From Isurus oxyrinchus (Eukaryota), in NCBI GenBank assembly GCA_026770705.1, contig JANJGN010001651.1, forward strand, positions 62,001 to 120,035: a DNA stretch of 58,035 nt, in the 5' to 3' direction. Below, in pieces: positions 1-15,000 of this stretch. Below the pieces are notes generated by a model. That model did not search any database. It was not told where the DNA came from and worked only from the letters and a program-made list of their open reading frames with translations. A program made the translations under genes and the position numbers. Each line of letters begins with the position of its first letter. The stretch's first letter is position 1.

Positions 1-3000
1 TAAACCCCCCCGAACCCCTCGATTAGATTCCAGTCTGTAACTCACTCCCGGGTATCTGTTATTCTATATATAAACCACCCCGAACCCCTCGATTAGATTC
101 CAGTCTGTAACTCACTCCCGGGTATCTATTATTCAATATATAAACCATCCCGAAACACTCGATTACATTCCAGTCAGTAACTCAATCCCGGGTATCTGTT
201 ATGCTATATATAAACCACCCCATAACCCTCGATTAGATTCCAGTCTGTAACACACTCCCGGGTATCTGTTATTCTATATATAAACCATCCCATACCCCTC
301 GATTAGATTCCAGTCTGTAACTCACTCCCGGGTATCTGTTATTCTATATATAAACCACCACATATCCCTCGAATAGATTCCAGTCTGTAACTCACTCCCG
401 GATATCTGTTATTCTATATATAAACCACCCCGAAACCCTCGATTAGATTCCAGTCTGTAACTCACTCCCGAGTATATGTTATTCTATATATAAACCACCC
501 CGAATCCCTCGATTAGATTCCAGTCTGTAACTCACTCCCGGGTATCTGTTATTCTTTATATAAACCACCTCGAAACCCTTGATTAAATTCCAGTCTGTAA
601 CTCACTCCGCGGGTATCTGTTATTCTATATATAAACCACGCCGAAACCCCTGGATTAGATTCCAGTCTGTAACTCACTCCCGGGTATCTGTTATTCTATA
701 TATTAACCACCCCGAACCTCTCAATCAGATTCCAGTCTGTAACTCACTCCCGGGTATCTGTTATTCTATATATAAACCACCCCGAACCCCTCGATTAGAT
801 TCCAGTCTGTAACTCAATCCCGGGAATCTGTTATTCTATATATAAACCACCCCGAACCCCTCGATTCGATTCCAGTCTGTAACTCACTCCCGAGAATCTG
901 TTATTCTATATATAAACCACCCCGAACCCCTCGATTAGATTCCAGTCTGTAACTCACTCCCGGGTATCTGTTATTCTATATATAAACCCCCCCGAACCCC
1001 TCGATTAGATTCCAGTCTGTAACTCACTCCCGGGTATCTGTTATTCTATATATAAACAACCCCGAACCCCTTGATTAGATTCCAGTCTGTAACTCACTCC
1101 CGGGTATCTGTTATTCTATATATAAACCACCCCGAACGCCTCGATTAGTTTCCAGTCTGTAACTCACTCCCGGGTATCTGTTATTCTATATATAAACCAC
1201 CCCGAACGCCTCGATTAGATTCCAGTCTTTAACTCACTCCCGGGAATCTGTTATTCTATATATAAACCCCTCCGAACCTCTCGATTAGATTCCAGTCTTT
1301 AACTCACTCCCGGGTATCTGTTATTCTATATATAAACCCACCCGAAACCCCTCGATTAGAATCCAGTCTGTAACTCAATCCTGGGTATCTGTTATTCTAT
1401 ATATAAACCACCCCGAATGCCTCGATTAGATTCCAGTCTGTAACTCACTCCCGGGTATCTGTTATTCTATATATAAACCACCCCGAACCCCTCGATTAGA
1501 TTCCAGTCTGTAACTCACTCCCGGGTATCTGTTATTCTATATATAAACCACCCCGAACCCCTCGATTAGATTCCAGTCTGTAACTCACTCCCGTGTTCTG
1601 TTATTCTATATATAAACCCCCCCGAACCCCTCGATTAGATTCCAGTCTGTAACTCACTCCCGGGTATCTGTTATTCTATATATAAACCACCCCGAACCCC
1701 TCGATTTGATTCCAGTCTGTAACTCACTCCCGGGTATCTGTTATTCTATATATAAACCCCCTGAACCCCTCGATTCGATTCCAGTCTGTAACTCACTCCC
1801 GGGTATCGGTTATTCTATACGTAAACCACTCCAAACCCCTCGATTAGATTCCAGTCTGTAACTCACTCCCGGGTATCTGTTATTCTATATATAAACCCAC
1901 CCGAAACCCCTCGATTAGAATCCAGTCTGTAACTCACTCCTGGGTATCTGTTATTCTATATATAAATCACCCCGAACGCCTCGATTACATTCCAGTCTGT
2001 AACACACTCCCAGGTATCTGTTATTCTATATATAAACCACCCCGAACCCCTCGATTAGATTCCAGTCTGTAACTCACTCCCGGGTATGTGTTATTCTATA
2101 TATAAACCCCAACGAACCCCTCGATTAGATTCCAGTCTGCAACTCACTCCCGGGTATCTGTTATTCTATATATAAACCACCCCGAACACCTCGATTAGAT
2201 TCCAGTCTGTAACTCACTCCCGGGTATCTGTTATTATATATATAAACCCCCCGAAACCCCTCGATTAGATTCCAGTCTCTAACTCTCTCCCGGGTTTCTG
2301 TTATTCTATATATAAACCCCCCCGAACCCCTCGATTAGATTCCAGTCTGTAACTCACTCCCGGGAATCTGTTATTCTATATATAAACCACGCCGAACCCC
2401 TCGATTAGATTCCAGTCTGTAACTCACTCCCGGGTGTCTGTTATTCTATATATAAACCACCCCGAACCCCTCGATTAGATTCCAGTCTGTAACTCAATCC
2501 CGGGTATCTGTTATTCTATATATAAACCACCCCGAAACCCCTCGATAAGATTCAAGTCTGTAACTCACTCCCGGGAATCTGTTATTCTATGTATAAACCA
2601 CCCCGAGCCCCTCGATTAGATTCCAGTCTGTTACTCACTCCCGGGTATCTGTTATTCTGTATATAAACCACCCCGAACACCTCGATTAGATTCCAGTCTG
2701 TAACTCACTCCCGGGTATCTGTTATTCTTTATATAAACCACCTCAAAACCCTCGATTAAATTCCAGTCTGTAACTCACACCGCGGGTATCTGTTATTCTA
2801 TATATAAACCACGCCGAAACCCCTGGATTAGATTCCAGTCTGTAACTCACTCCCGGGTATATGTTATTCTATATATAAACCACCCCGAACCCCTCGATTA
2901 GATTCCAGTCTGTAACTCACTCCCGGGTATATGTTATTCTATATATAAACCACCCCGAACCCCTCGATTAGATTCCAGTCTGTAACTCACTCCCGGGTAC

Positions 3001-6000
3001 CTGTTATTCTATATATAAACCACCCCGAACCCCTCGATTAGATTCCAGTCTGTAACTCAATCCCGGGAATCTGTTATTCTATATATAAACCACCCCGAAC
3101 CCCTCGATTAGATTCCAGGCTGTAACTCACTCCCGGGTATCTGTTATTCTATATATAAACCACCCCGAACGCCTCGATTATATTCCAGTCTGTAACTCAC
3201 TCCCGGGTACCTGTTATTCTATATATAAACCACCCCGAACGCCTCGATTAGATTCCAGTCTGTAACTCACTCCCGGGTATCTGTTATTCTATATATAAAC
3301 CACCCTGAACGCCTCGATTAGATTCCAGTCTGTAACTCACTCCCGGGTATCTGTTATTCTATAGATAAACCCCCTGAACCCCTCGATTAGATTCCAGTCT
3401 GTAACTCACTCCCGGGTATCTGTTATTCTATATATAAACCACCCCGAACGCCTCGATTAGATTCCAGTCTTTAACTCACTCCCGGGTATCTGTTATTCTA
3501 TATATAAACCCACCCGAAACCCCTCGATTAGAATCCAGTCTGTAACTCACTCCTGGGTATCTGTTATTCTATATATAAACCACCCCGAATGCCTCGATTA
3601 GATTCCAGTCTGTAACTCACTCCCGGGTATCTGTTATTCTATATATAAACCACCCCGAACACCTCGATTAGATTCCAGTCTGTAACTCACTCCCGGGTAT
3701 CTGTTATTCTATACATAACCCACCCCGAACACCTCGATTAGATTCCAGTCTGTAACTCACTCCCGGGTATCTGTTATTCTATATATAAACCTCCCTGAAC
3801 GCCTCGATTAGATTCCAGTCTGTAACTCACTCCCGGGTATCTGTTATTCTATATATAAAACACCCCGAGCCCCTCGATTAGATTCCAGTCTGTAACTCAC
3901 TCTCGGGTATCTGTTATTCTATATATAAACCACCCCGAACCACTCGATTAGATTCCAGTCTGTAACACACTCCCGGGTATCTGTTATTCTATATATAAAC
4001 CACCCCGAACCCCTCGATTAGATTCCAGTCTGTAACTCACTCCCGGGTATCTGCTATTCTATATATAAAACCCCATCGTACCTCTCGATTAGATTCCAGT
4101 CTGTAACTCACTCCCGGGTATCTCTTATTCTATATATAAACCCCCCAAAACCACTCGATTCGATTCCAGTCTGTAACTCACTCCCGGGTATCTGTTATTC
4201 TATATATAAACCCCCCCGAACCACTCGCTTACATTCCAGTCTGTAACTCACTCCCGGGTATCTGTTATTCTATATATAAACCCCCCCGAACCCCTCGATT
4301 AGATTCCAGTCTGTAACTCACTCCCGGGTATCTGTTATTCTATATATAAACCACCCCGAACCCCTCGATTAGATTCCAGTCTGTAACTCACTCCCGGGTA
4401 TCTATTATTCTATATATAAACCACCCCGAAACCCTCGATTAGATTCCAGTCTGTAACTCACTCCCGAGTATCTGTTATTCTATATATAAACCACCCCGAA
4501 TCCCTCGATTAGATTCCAGTCTGTAACTCACTCCCGGGTATCTGTTATTCTTTATATAAACCACCTCGAAACCCTCGATTAAATTCCAGTCTGTAACTCA
4601 CTCCGCGGGTATCTGTTATTCTATATATAACCCACGCCGAAACCCCTGGATTAGATTCCAGTCTGTAACTCACTCCCGGGTATCTGTTATTCTATATATT
4701 AACCACCCCGAACCTCTCAATCAGATTCCAGTCTGTAACTCACTCCCGGGTATCTGTTATTCTATATATAAACCACCCCGAACCCCTCGATTAGATTCCA
4801 GTCTGTAACTCAATCCCGGGAATCTGTTATTCTATATATAAACCACCCCGAACCCCTCGATTCGATTCCAGTCTGTAACTCAATCCCGAGAATCTCTTAT
4901 TCTATATATAAACCACCCCGAACCCCTGGATTAGATTCCAGTCTGTAACTCACTCCCGGGTATCTGTTATTCTATATATAAACCCCCCCGAACCCCTCGA
5001 TTAGATTCCAGTCTGTAACTCACTCCCGGGTATCTGTTATTCTATATATAAACAACCCCGAACCCCTCGATTAGATTCCAGTCTGTAACTCACTCCCGGG
5101 TATCTGTTATTCTATATATAAACCACCCCGAACGCCTCGATTAGTTTCCAGTCTGTAACTCACTCCCGGGTATCTGTTATTCTATATATAAACCACCCCG
5201 AACGCCTCGATTAGATTCCAGTCTTTAACTCACTCCCGGGAATCTGTTATTCTATATATAAACCCCTCCGAACCCCTCGATTAGATTCCAGTCTTTAACT
5301 CACTCCCGGGTATCTGTTATTCTATATATAAACCCACCCGAAACCCCTCGATTAGAATCCAGTCTGTAACTCACTCCTGGGTATCTGTTATTCTATATAT
5401 AAACCACCCCGAATGCCACGATTAGATTCCAGTCTGTAACTCACTCCCGGGTATCTGTTATTCTATATATAAACCACCCCGAACCCCTCGATTAGATTCC
5501 AGTCTGTAACTCACTCCCGGGTATCCGTTATTCTATATATAAACCACCCCGAACCCCTCGATTAGATTCCAGTCTGTAACTCACTCCCGTGTTCTGTTAT
5601 TCTATATATAAACCCCCCCGAACCCCTCGATTAGATTCCAGTCTGTAACTCACTCCCGGGTATGTGTTATTCTATATATAAACCACCCCGAACCCCTCGA
5701 TTTGATTCCAGTCTGTAAATCACTCCCGGGTATCTGTTATTCTATATATAAACCCCCTGAACCCCTCGATTCGATTCCAGTCTGTACCTCACTCCCGGGT
5801 ATCTGTTATTCTATACGTAAACCACTCCAAACCCCTCGATTAGATTCCAGTCTGTAACTCACTCCCGGGTATCTGTTATTCTATATATAAACCCACCCGA
5901 AACCCCTCGATTAGAATCCAGTCTGTAACTCACTCCTGGGTATCTGTTATTCTATATATAAATCACCCCGAACGCCTCGATTACATTCCAGTCTGTAACA

Positions 6001-9000
6001 CACTCCCAGGTATCTGTTATTCTATATATAAACCACCCCGAACCCCTCGATTAGATTCCAGTCTGTAACTCACTCCCGGGTATCTGTTATTCTATATATA
6101 AACCACCCCGAACACCTCGATTAGATTCCAGTCTGTAACTCACTCCCGGGTATCTGTTATTATATATATAAACCCCCCGAAAGCCCTCGATTAGATTCCA
6201 GTCTCTAACTCTCTCCCGGGTTTCTGTTATTCTATATATAAACCCCCCCGAACCCCTCGATTAGATTCCAGTCTGTAACTCACTCCCGGGAATCTGTTAT
6301 TCTATATATAGACCACCCCGAACCCCTCGATTAGATTCCAGTCTGTAACTCACTCCCGGGTGTCTGTTATTCTATATATAAACCACCCCGAACCCCTCGA
6401 TTAGATTCCAGTCTGTAACTCAATCCCGGGTATCTGTTATTCTATATATAAACCACCCCGAAACCCCTCGATAAGATTCCAGTCTGTAACTCACTCCCGG
6501 GTATCTGTTATTCTATGTATAAACCACCCCGAGCCCCTCGATTAGATTCCAGTCTGTAACTCACTCCCGGGTATCTGTTATTCTTTATATAAACCACCTC
6601 AAAACCCTCGATTAAATTCCACTCTGTAACTCACACCGCGGGTACCTGTTATTCTATATATAAATCACGCCGAAACGCCTGGATTAGATTCCAGTCTGTA
6701 ACTCACTCCCGGGTATCTGTTATTCTATATATAAACCACCCCGAACCCCTCGATTAGATTCCAGTCTGTAACTCACTCCCGGGTACCTGTTATTCTATAT
6801 ATAAACCACCCCGAACCCCTCGATTAGATTCCAGTCTGTAACTCAATCCCGGGAATCTGTTATTCTATATATAAACCACCCCGAACCCCTCGATTAGATT
6901 CCAGTCTGTAACTCACTCCCGGGTATCTGTTATTCTATATATAAACCACCCCGAACGCCTCGATTAGATTCCAGTCTGTAACTCACTCCCGGGTATCTGT
7001 TATTCTATATATAAACCACCCCGAACGCCTCGATTAGATTCCAGTCTGTAACTCACTCCCGGGTATCTGTTATTCTATATATAAACCACCCTGAACGCCT
7101 CGATTAGATTCCAGTCTGTAACTCACTCCCGGGTATCTGTTATTCTATAGATAAACCCCCTGAACCCCTCGATTAGATTCCAGTCTGTAACTCACTCCCG
7201 GGTATCTGTTATTCTATATATAAACCACCCCGAACGCCTCGATTAGATTCCAGTCTTTAACTCACTCCCGGGAATCTGTTATTCTATATATAAACCCCTC
7301 CGAACCCCTCGATTAGATTCCAGTCTTTAACTCACTCCCGGGTATCTGTTATTCTATATATAAACCCACCCGAAACCCCTCGATTAGAATCCAGTCTGTA
7401 ACTCACTCCTGGGTATCTGTTATTCTATATATAAACCACCCCGAATGCCTCGATTAGATTCCAGTCTGTAACTCACTCCCGGGTATCTGTTATTCTATAT
7501 ATAAACCACCCCGAACACCTCGATTAGATTCCAGTCTGTAACTCACTCCCGGGTATCTGTTATTCTAGACATAACCCACCCCGAACACCTCGATTAGATT
7601 CCAGTCTGTAACTCACTCCCGGGTATCTGTTATTCTATATATAAACCTCCCTGAACGCCTCGATTAGATTCCAGTCTGTAACTCACTCCCGGGTATCTGT
7701 TATTCTATATATAAAACACCCCGAGCCCCTCGATTAGATTCCAGTCTGTAACTCACTCTCGGGTATCTGTTATTCTATATATAAACCACCCCGAACCACT
7801 CGATTAGATTCCAGTCTGTAACACACTCCCGGGTATCTGTTATTCTATATATAAACCACCCCGAACCCCTCGATTAGATTCCAGTCTGTAACTCACTCCC
7901 GGGTATCTGTTATTCTATATATAAACCCCCCCGAACCACTCGCTTACATTCCAGTCTGTAACTCACTCCCGGGTATCTGTTATTCTATGTATAAACCCCA
8001 CCGAACCCCTCGATTAGATTCCAGTCTGTAACTCACTCCCGGGTATCTGTTATTCTATATATAAACCACCCCGAACCCCTCGATTAGATTCCAGTCTGTA
8101 ACTCACTCCCGGGTATCTATTATTCAATATATAAACCATCCCGAAACACTCGATTACATTCCAGTCAGTAACTCAATCCCGGGTATCTGTTATGCTATAT
8201 ATAAACCACCCCATACCCCTCGATTAGATTCCAGTCTGTAACACACTCCCGGGTATCTGTTATTCTATATATAAACCATCCCATACCCCTCGATTAGATT
8301 CCAGTCTGTAACTCACTCCCGGGTATCTGTTATTCTATATATAAACCACCACATATCCCTCGAATAGATTCCAGTCTGTAACTCACTCCCGGATATCTGT
8401 TATTCTATATATAAACCACCCCGAAACCCTCGATTAGATTCCAGTCTGTAACTCACTCCCGAGTATCTGTTATTCTATATATAAACCACCCCGAATCCCT
8501 CGATTAGATTCCAGTCTGTAACTCACTCCCGGGTATCTGTTATTCTTTATATAAACCACCTCGAAACCCTCGATTAAATTCCAGTCTGTAACTCACTCCG
8601 CGGGTATCTGTTATTCTATATATAACCCACGCCGAAACCCCTGGATTAGATTCCAGTCTGTAACTCACTCCCGGGTATCTGTTATTCTATATATTAACCA
8701 CCCCGAACCTCTCAATCAGATTCCAGTCTGTAACTCACTCCCGGGTATCTGTTATTCTATATATAAACCACCCCGAACCCCTCGATTAGATTCCAGTCTG
8801 TAACTCAATCCCGGGAATCTGTTATTCTATATATAAACCACCCCGAACCCCTCGATTCGATTCCAGTCTGTAACTCGCTCCCGAGAATCTGTTATTCTAT
8901 ATATAAACCACGCCGAAACCCCTGGATTAGATTCCAGTCTGTAAATCACTCCCGGGTATCTGTTATTCTATATATAAACCCCCCCGAACCCCTCGTTTAG

Positions 9001-12000
9001 ATTCCAGTCTGTAACTCACTCCCGGGTATCTGTTATTCTATATATAAACAACCCCGAACCCCTCGATTAGATTCCAGTCTGTAACTCACTCCCGGGTATC
9101 TGTTATTCTATTTATAAACCACCCCGAACGCCTCGATTAGTTTCCAGTCTGTAACTCACTCCCGGGTATCTGTTATTCTATATATAAACCACCCCGAACG
9201 CCTCGATTAGATTCCAGTCTTTAACTCACTCCCGGGAATCTGTTATTCTATATATAAACCCCTCCGAAACCCTCGATTAGATTCCAGTCTTTAACTCACT
9301 CCCGGGTATCTGTTATTCTATATATAAACCACCCCGAACCCCTCGATTAGATTCCAATCTGTAACTCACTCCCGTGTTCTGTTATTCTATATATAAACCC
9401 CCCCGAACCCCTCGATTAGATTCCAGTCTGTAACTCACTCCCGGGTATCTGTTATTCTATATATAAACCACCCCGAACCCCTCGATTTGATTCCAGTCTG
9501 TAACTCACTCCCGGGTATCTGTTATTCTATATATAAACCCCCTGAACCCCTCGATTCGATTCCAGTCTGTAACTCACTCCCGGGTATCTGTTATTCTATA
9601 CGTAAACCACTCCAAACCCCTCGATTAGATTCCAGTCTGTAACTCACTCCCGGGTATCTGTTATTCTATATATAAACCCACCCGAAACCCCTCGATTAGA
9701 ATCCGGTCTCTAACTCACTCCTGGGTATCTGTTATTCTATATATAAATCACCCCGAACGCCTCGATTACATTCCAGTCTGTAACACACTCCCAGGTATCT
9801 GCTATTCTATATATAAACCACCCCGAACCCCTCGATTAGATTCCAGTCTGTAACTCACTCCCGGGTATGTGTTATTCTATATATAAACCCCAACGAACCC
9901 CTCGATTCGATTCCAGTCTGTAACTCACTCCCGGGTATGTGTTATTCTATATATAAACCCCCCGAAACCCCTCGATTAGATTCCAGTCTGTAACTCTCTC
10001 CCGGGTTTCTGTTATTCTATAGATAAACCCCCCCGAACCCCTCGATTAGATTCCAGTCTGTAACTCACTCCCGGGAATCTGTTATTCTATATATAAACCA
10101 CCCCGAACCCCTCGATTAGATTCCAGTCTGTAACTCACTCCCGGGTGTCTGTTATTCTATATATAAACCACCCCGAACCCCTCGATTAGATTCCAGTCTG
10201 TAACTCAATCCCGGGTATCTGTTATTCTATATATAAACCACCCCGAAACCCCTCGATAAGATTCAAGTCTGTAACTCACTCCCGGGTATCTGTTATTCTA
10301 TGTATAAACAACCCCGAGCCCCTCGATTAGATTCCAGTCTGTAACTCACTCCCGGGTATCTGTTATTCTTTATATAAACCACCTCAAAACCCTCGATTAA
10401 ATTCCAGTCTGTAACTCACTCCGCGGGTATCTGTTATTCTATATATAAACCACGCCGAAACCCCTGGATTAGATTCCAGTCTGTAACTCACTCCCGGGTA
10501 TCTGTTATTCTATATATAAACCACCCCGAACCCCTCGATTAGATTCCAGTCTGTAACTCACTCCCGGGTATCTGTTATTCTATATATAAAGCACCCCGAA
10601 CCCCTCGATTAGATTCCAGTCTGTAACTCAATCCCGGGAATCTGTTATTCTATATATAAACCACCCCGAACCCCTCGATTAGATTCCAGTCTGTAACTCA
10701 CTCCCGGGTATCTGTTATTCTATATATAAACCACCCCGAACGCCTCGATTAGATTCCAGTCTGTAACTCACTCCCGGGTATCTGTTATTCTATATATAAA
10801 CCACCCCGAACGCCTCGATTAGATTCCAGTCTGTAACTCACTCCCGGGTATCTGTTATTCTATATATAAACCACCCTGAACGCCTCGATTAGATTCCAGT
10901 CTGTAACTCACTCCCGGGTATCTGTTATTCTATAGATAAACCCCCTGAACCCCTCGATTAGATTCCAGTCTGTAACTCACTCCCGGGTATCTGTTATTCT
11001 ATACATAACCACCCCGAACGCCTCGATTAGATTCCAGTCTTTAACTCACTCCCGGGAATCTGTTATTCTATATATAAACCCCTCCGAACCCCTCGATTAG
11101 ATTCCAGTCTTTAACTCACTCCCGGGTATCTGTTATTCTATATATAAACCCACCCGAAACCCCTCGATTAGAATCCAGTCTGTAACTCACTCCTGGGTAT
11201 CTGTTATTCTATATATAAACCACCCCGAATGCCTCGATTAGATTCCAGTCTGTAACTCACTCCCGGGTATCTGTTATTCTATATATAAACCACCCCGAAC
11301 CCCTCGATTAGATTCCAGTCTGTAACTCACTCCCGGGTATCTGTTATTCTATATATAAACCTCCCCGAACCCCTCGATTAGATTCCAGTCTGTAACTCAC
11401 TCCCGTGTTCTGTTATTCTATATATAAATCACCCCGAACCCCTCGATTACATTCCAGTCTGTAACACACTCCCGGGTATCTGTTATTCTATATATAAACC
11501 ACCCCGAACCCCTCGATTAGATTCCAGTCTGTAACTCACTCCCGGGTATGTGTTATTCTATATATAAACCCCAACGAACCCCTCGATTAGATTCCAGTCT
11601 GTAACTCACTCCCGGGTATCTGTTATTATATATATAAACCCCCCGAAACCCCTCGATTAGATTCCAGTCTTTAACTCTCTCCCGGGTTTCTGTTATTCTA
11701 TAGATAAACCCCCCCGAACCCCTCGATTAGATTCCAGTCTGTAACTCACTCCCGGGAATCTGTTATTCTATATATAATCCACCCCGAACCCCTCGATTAG
11801 ATTCCAGTCTGTAACTCACTCCCGGGTATCTGTTATTCTATATATAAAGCACCCCGAACCCCTCGATTAGATTCCAGTCTGTAACTCAATCCCGGGAATC
11901 TGTTATTCTATATATAAACCACCCCGAACCCCTCGATTAGATTCCAGTCTGTAACTCACTCCCGGGTATCTGTTATTCTATATATAAACCACCCCGAACG

Positions 12001-15000
12001 CCTCGATTAGATTCCAGTCTGTAACTCACTCCCGGGTATCTGTTATTCTATATATAAACCACCCCGAACGCCTCGATTAGATTCCAGTCTGTAACTCACT
12101 CCCGGGTATCTGTTATTCTATATATAAACCACCCTGAACGCCTCGATTAGATTCCAGTCTGTAACTCACTCCCGGGTATCTGTTATTCTATAGATAAACC
12201 CCCTGAACCCCTCGATTAGATTCCAGTCTGTAACTCACTCCCGGGTATCTGTTATTCTATACATAACCACCCCGAACGCCTCGATTAGATTCCAGTCTTT
12301 AACTCACTCCCGGGTATGTGTTATTCTATATATTAAACCCAACGAACCCCTCGATTAGATTCCAGTCTGTAACACACTCCCGGGTATCTGTTATTATATA
12401 TATAAACCCCCCCGAAACCCCTCGATTAGATTCCAGTCTGTAACTCTCTCCCGTGTTTCTGTTATTCTATAGATAAACCCCCCCGAACCCCTCGATTAGA
12501 TTCCAGTCTGTAACTCACTCCCGGGAATCTGTTATTCTATATATAATCCACCCAGAACCCCTCGATTAGATTCCAGTCTGTAACTCACTCCCGGGTGTCT
12601 GTTATTCTATATATAAACCACCCCGAACCCCTCGATTAGATTCCAGTCTGTAACTCACTCCCGGGTATCTGTTATTCTATATATAAACCACCCCGAACCC
12701 CTCGATTAGATTCCAGTCTTTAACTCACTCCCGGGTATCTGTTATTCTATATATAAAACACCCCGAACCCCTCGATTAGATTCCATTCTGTAACTCACTC
12801 CTGGGTGTCTGTTATTCTATATATAAATCTCCCCGAACCCCTCGATTAGATTCCAGTCTGTAACTCACTCCCGGGAATCTGTTATTCTATATATAAACCA
12901 CCTGAACACCTCGATTAGATTCCAGTCTGTAACTCACTCCGGGGTATCTGTTATTCCATATATAAACCCCCCCGAACCCCTCGATTAGATTCCAGTCTGT
13001 AACTCACTCCCGGGTATCTGTTATTCTATATATCAACCCCACCGAACCCCTCGATTAGATTCCAGTCTGTAACTCACTCCCGGGTATCTGTTATTCTATA
13101 TATAACCCACCCCGAACCCCTCGATTAGATTCCAGTCTGTAACTCACTCCCGGGTATCTGTTATTCTATATATAAACCACCCCGAACCCCTCGATTAGAT
13201 TCCAGTCTGTAACTCACTCCCGGGTATCTGTTATTCTATTTATAAACCCCCCTGAATCCCTCGATTAGATTCCAGTCTGAAACTCACTACCGGGTATCTG
13301 TTATTCTATATATAAAGCCCCCGAACCCCTCGATTAGATTCCAGTCTGTAACTCATCCCTGGGTATCTCTTATTCTATATATAAACCCACCCCGAACCCC
13401 TCGATTAGATTCCAGTCTGTAACTCACTCCCGGGTATCTGTTATTCTATATATAAACCACCCCGAACCCCTCGATTAGATTCCAGTCTGTAACTCACTCC
13501 CGGGTATCTGTTATTCTACATATAAACCACCCCGAACCCCTCGATTAGATTCCAGTCTGTAACTCAGTCCCGGGTATCTGTTATTCTATATATAAACCAC
13601 CCCGAACCCCTCGATTAGATTCCAGTCTGTAACTCACTCCCGAGTATCTGTTATTCCATATATAAACCCCCCCGAAACCCTCGATTTAATTCCAGTCTGT
13701 AACTCACTCCCGGGTATCTGTTATTCTATACATAACCCACCCCGAACACCTCGATTAGATTCCAGTCTGTAACTCACTCCCGGGTATCTGTTATTCTATA
13801 TATAAACCACCCCGAACACCTCGATTAGATTCCAGTCTGTAACTCACTCCCGGGTATCTGTTATTCTATACATAACCCACCCCGAACACCTCGATTAGAT
13901 TCCAGTCTGTAACTCACTCCCGGGTATCTGTTATTCTATATATAAACCTCCCTGAACGCCTCGATTAGATTCCAGTCTGTAACTCACTCCCGGGTATCTG
14001 TTATTCTATATATAAAACACCCCGAGCCCCTCGATTAGATTCCAGTCTGTAACTCACTCTCGGGTATCTGTTATTCTATATATAAACCACCCCGAACCAC
14101 TCGATTAGATTCCAGTCTGTAACACACTCCCGGGTATCTGTTATTCTATATATAAACCACCCCGAACCCCTCGATTAGATTCCAGTCTGTAACTCACTCC
14201 CGGGTATCTGCTATTCTATATATAAAACCCCATCGTACCTCTCGATTAGATTCCAGTCTGTAACTCACTCCCGGGTATCTGTTATTCTATATATAAACCA
14301 GCCCGAACCACTCGATTAGATTCCAGCCTGTAACTCACTCCCGGGTATCTGTTATTCTGTATATAAACCGCCCCGAACCCCTCGATTAGATTCCAGTCTG
14401 TAACTCACTCCCGGGTATCTCTTATTCTATATATAAACCCCCCCAAAACCACTCGATTCGATTCCAGTCTGTAACTCACTCCCGGGTGTCTGTTATTCTA
14501 TATATAAACCCCCCCGAACCACTCGCTTACATTCCAGTCTGTAACTCATTCCCGGGTATCTGTTATTCTATATATAAACCCCCCCCGAACCCCTCGATTA
14601 GATTCCAGTCTGTAACTCACTCCCGGGTATCTGTTATTCTATATATAAACCACCCCGAACCCCTCGATTAGATTCCAGTCTGTAACTCACTCCCGGGTAT
14701 CTATTATTCAATATATAAACCATCCCGAAACACTCGATTACATTCCAGTCAGTAACTCAATCCCGGGTATCTGTTATGCTATATATAAACCACCCCATAC
14801 CCCTCGATTAGATTCCAGTCTGTAACCCACTCCCGGGTATCTGTTATTCTATATATAAACCATCCCATACCCCCTCGATTAGATTCCAGTCTGTAACTCA
14901 CTCCCGGGTATCTGTTATTCTATATATAAACCACCACATATCCCTCGAATAGATTCCAGTCTGTAACTCACTCCCGGATATCTGTTATTCTATATATAAA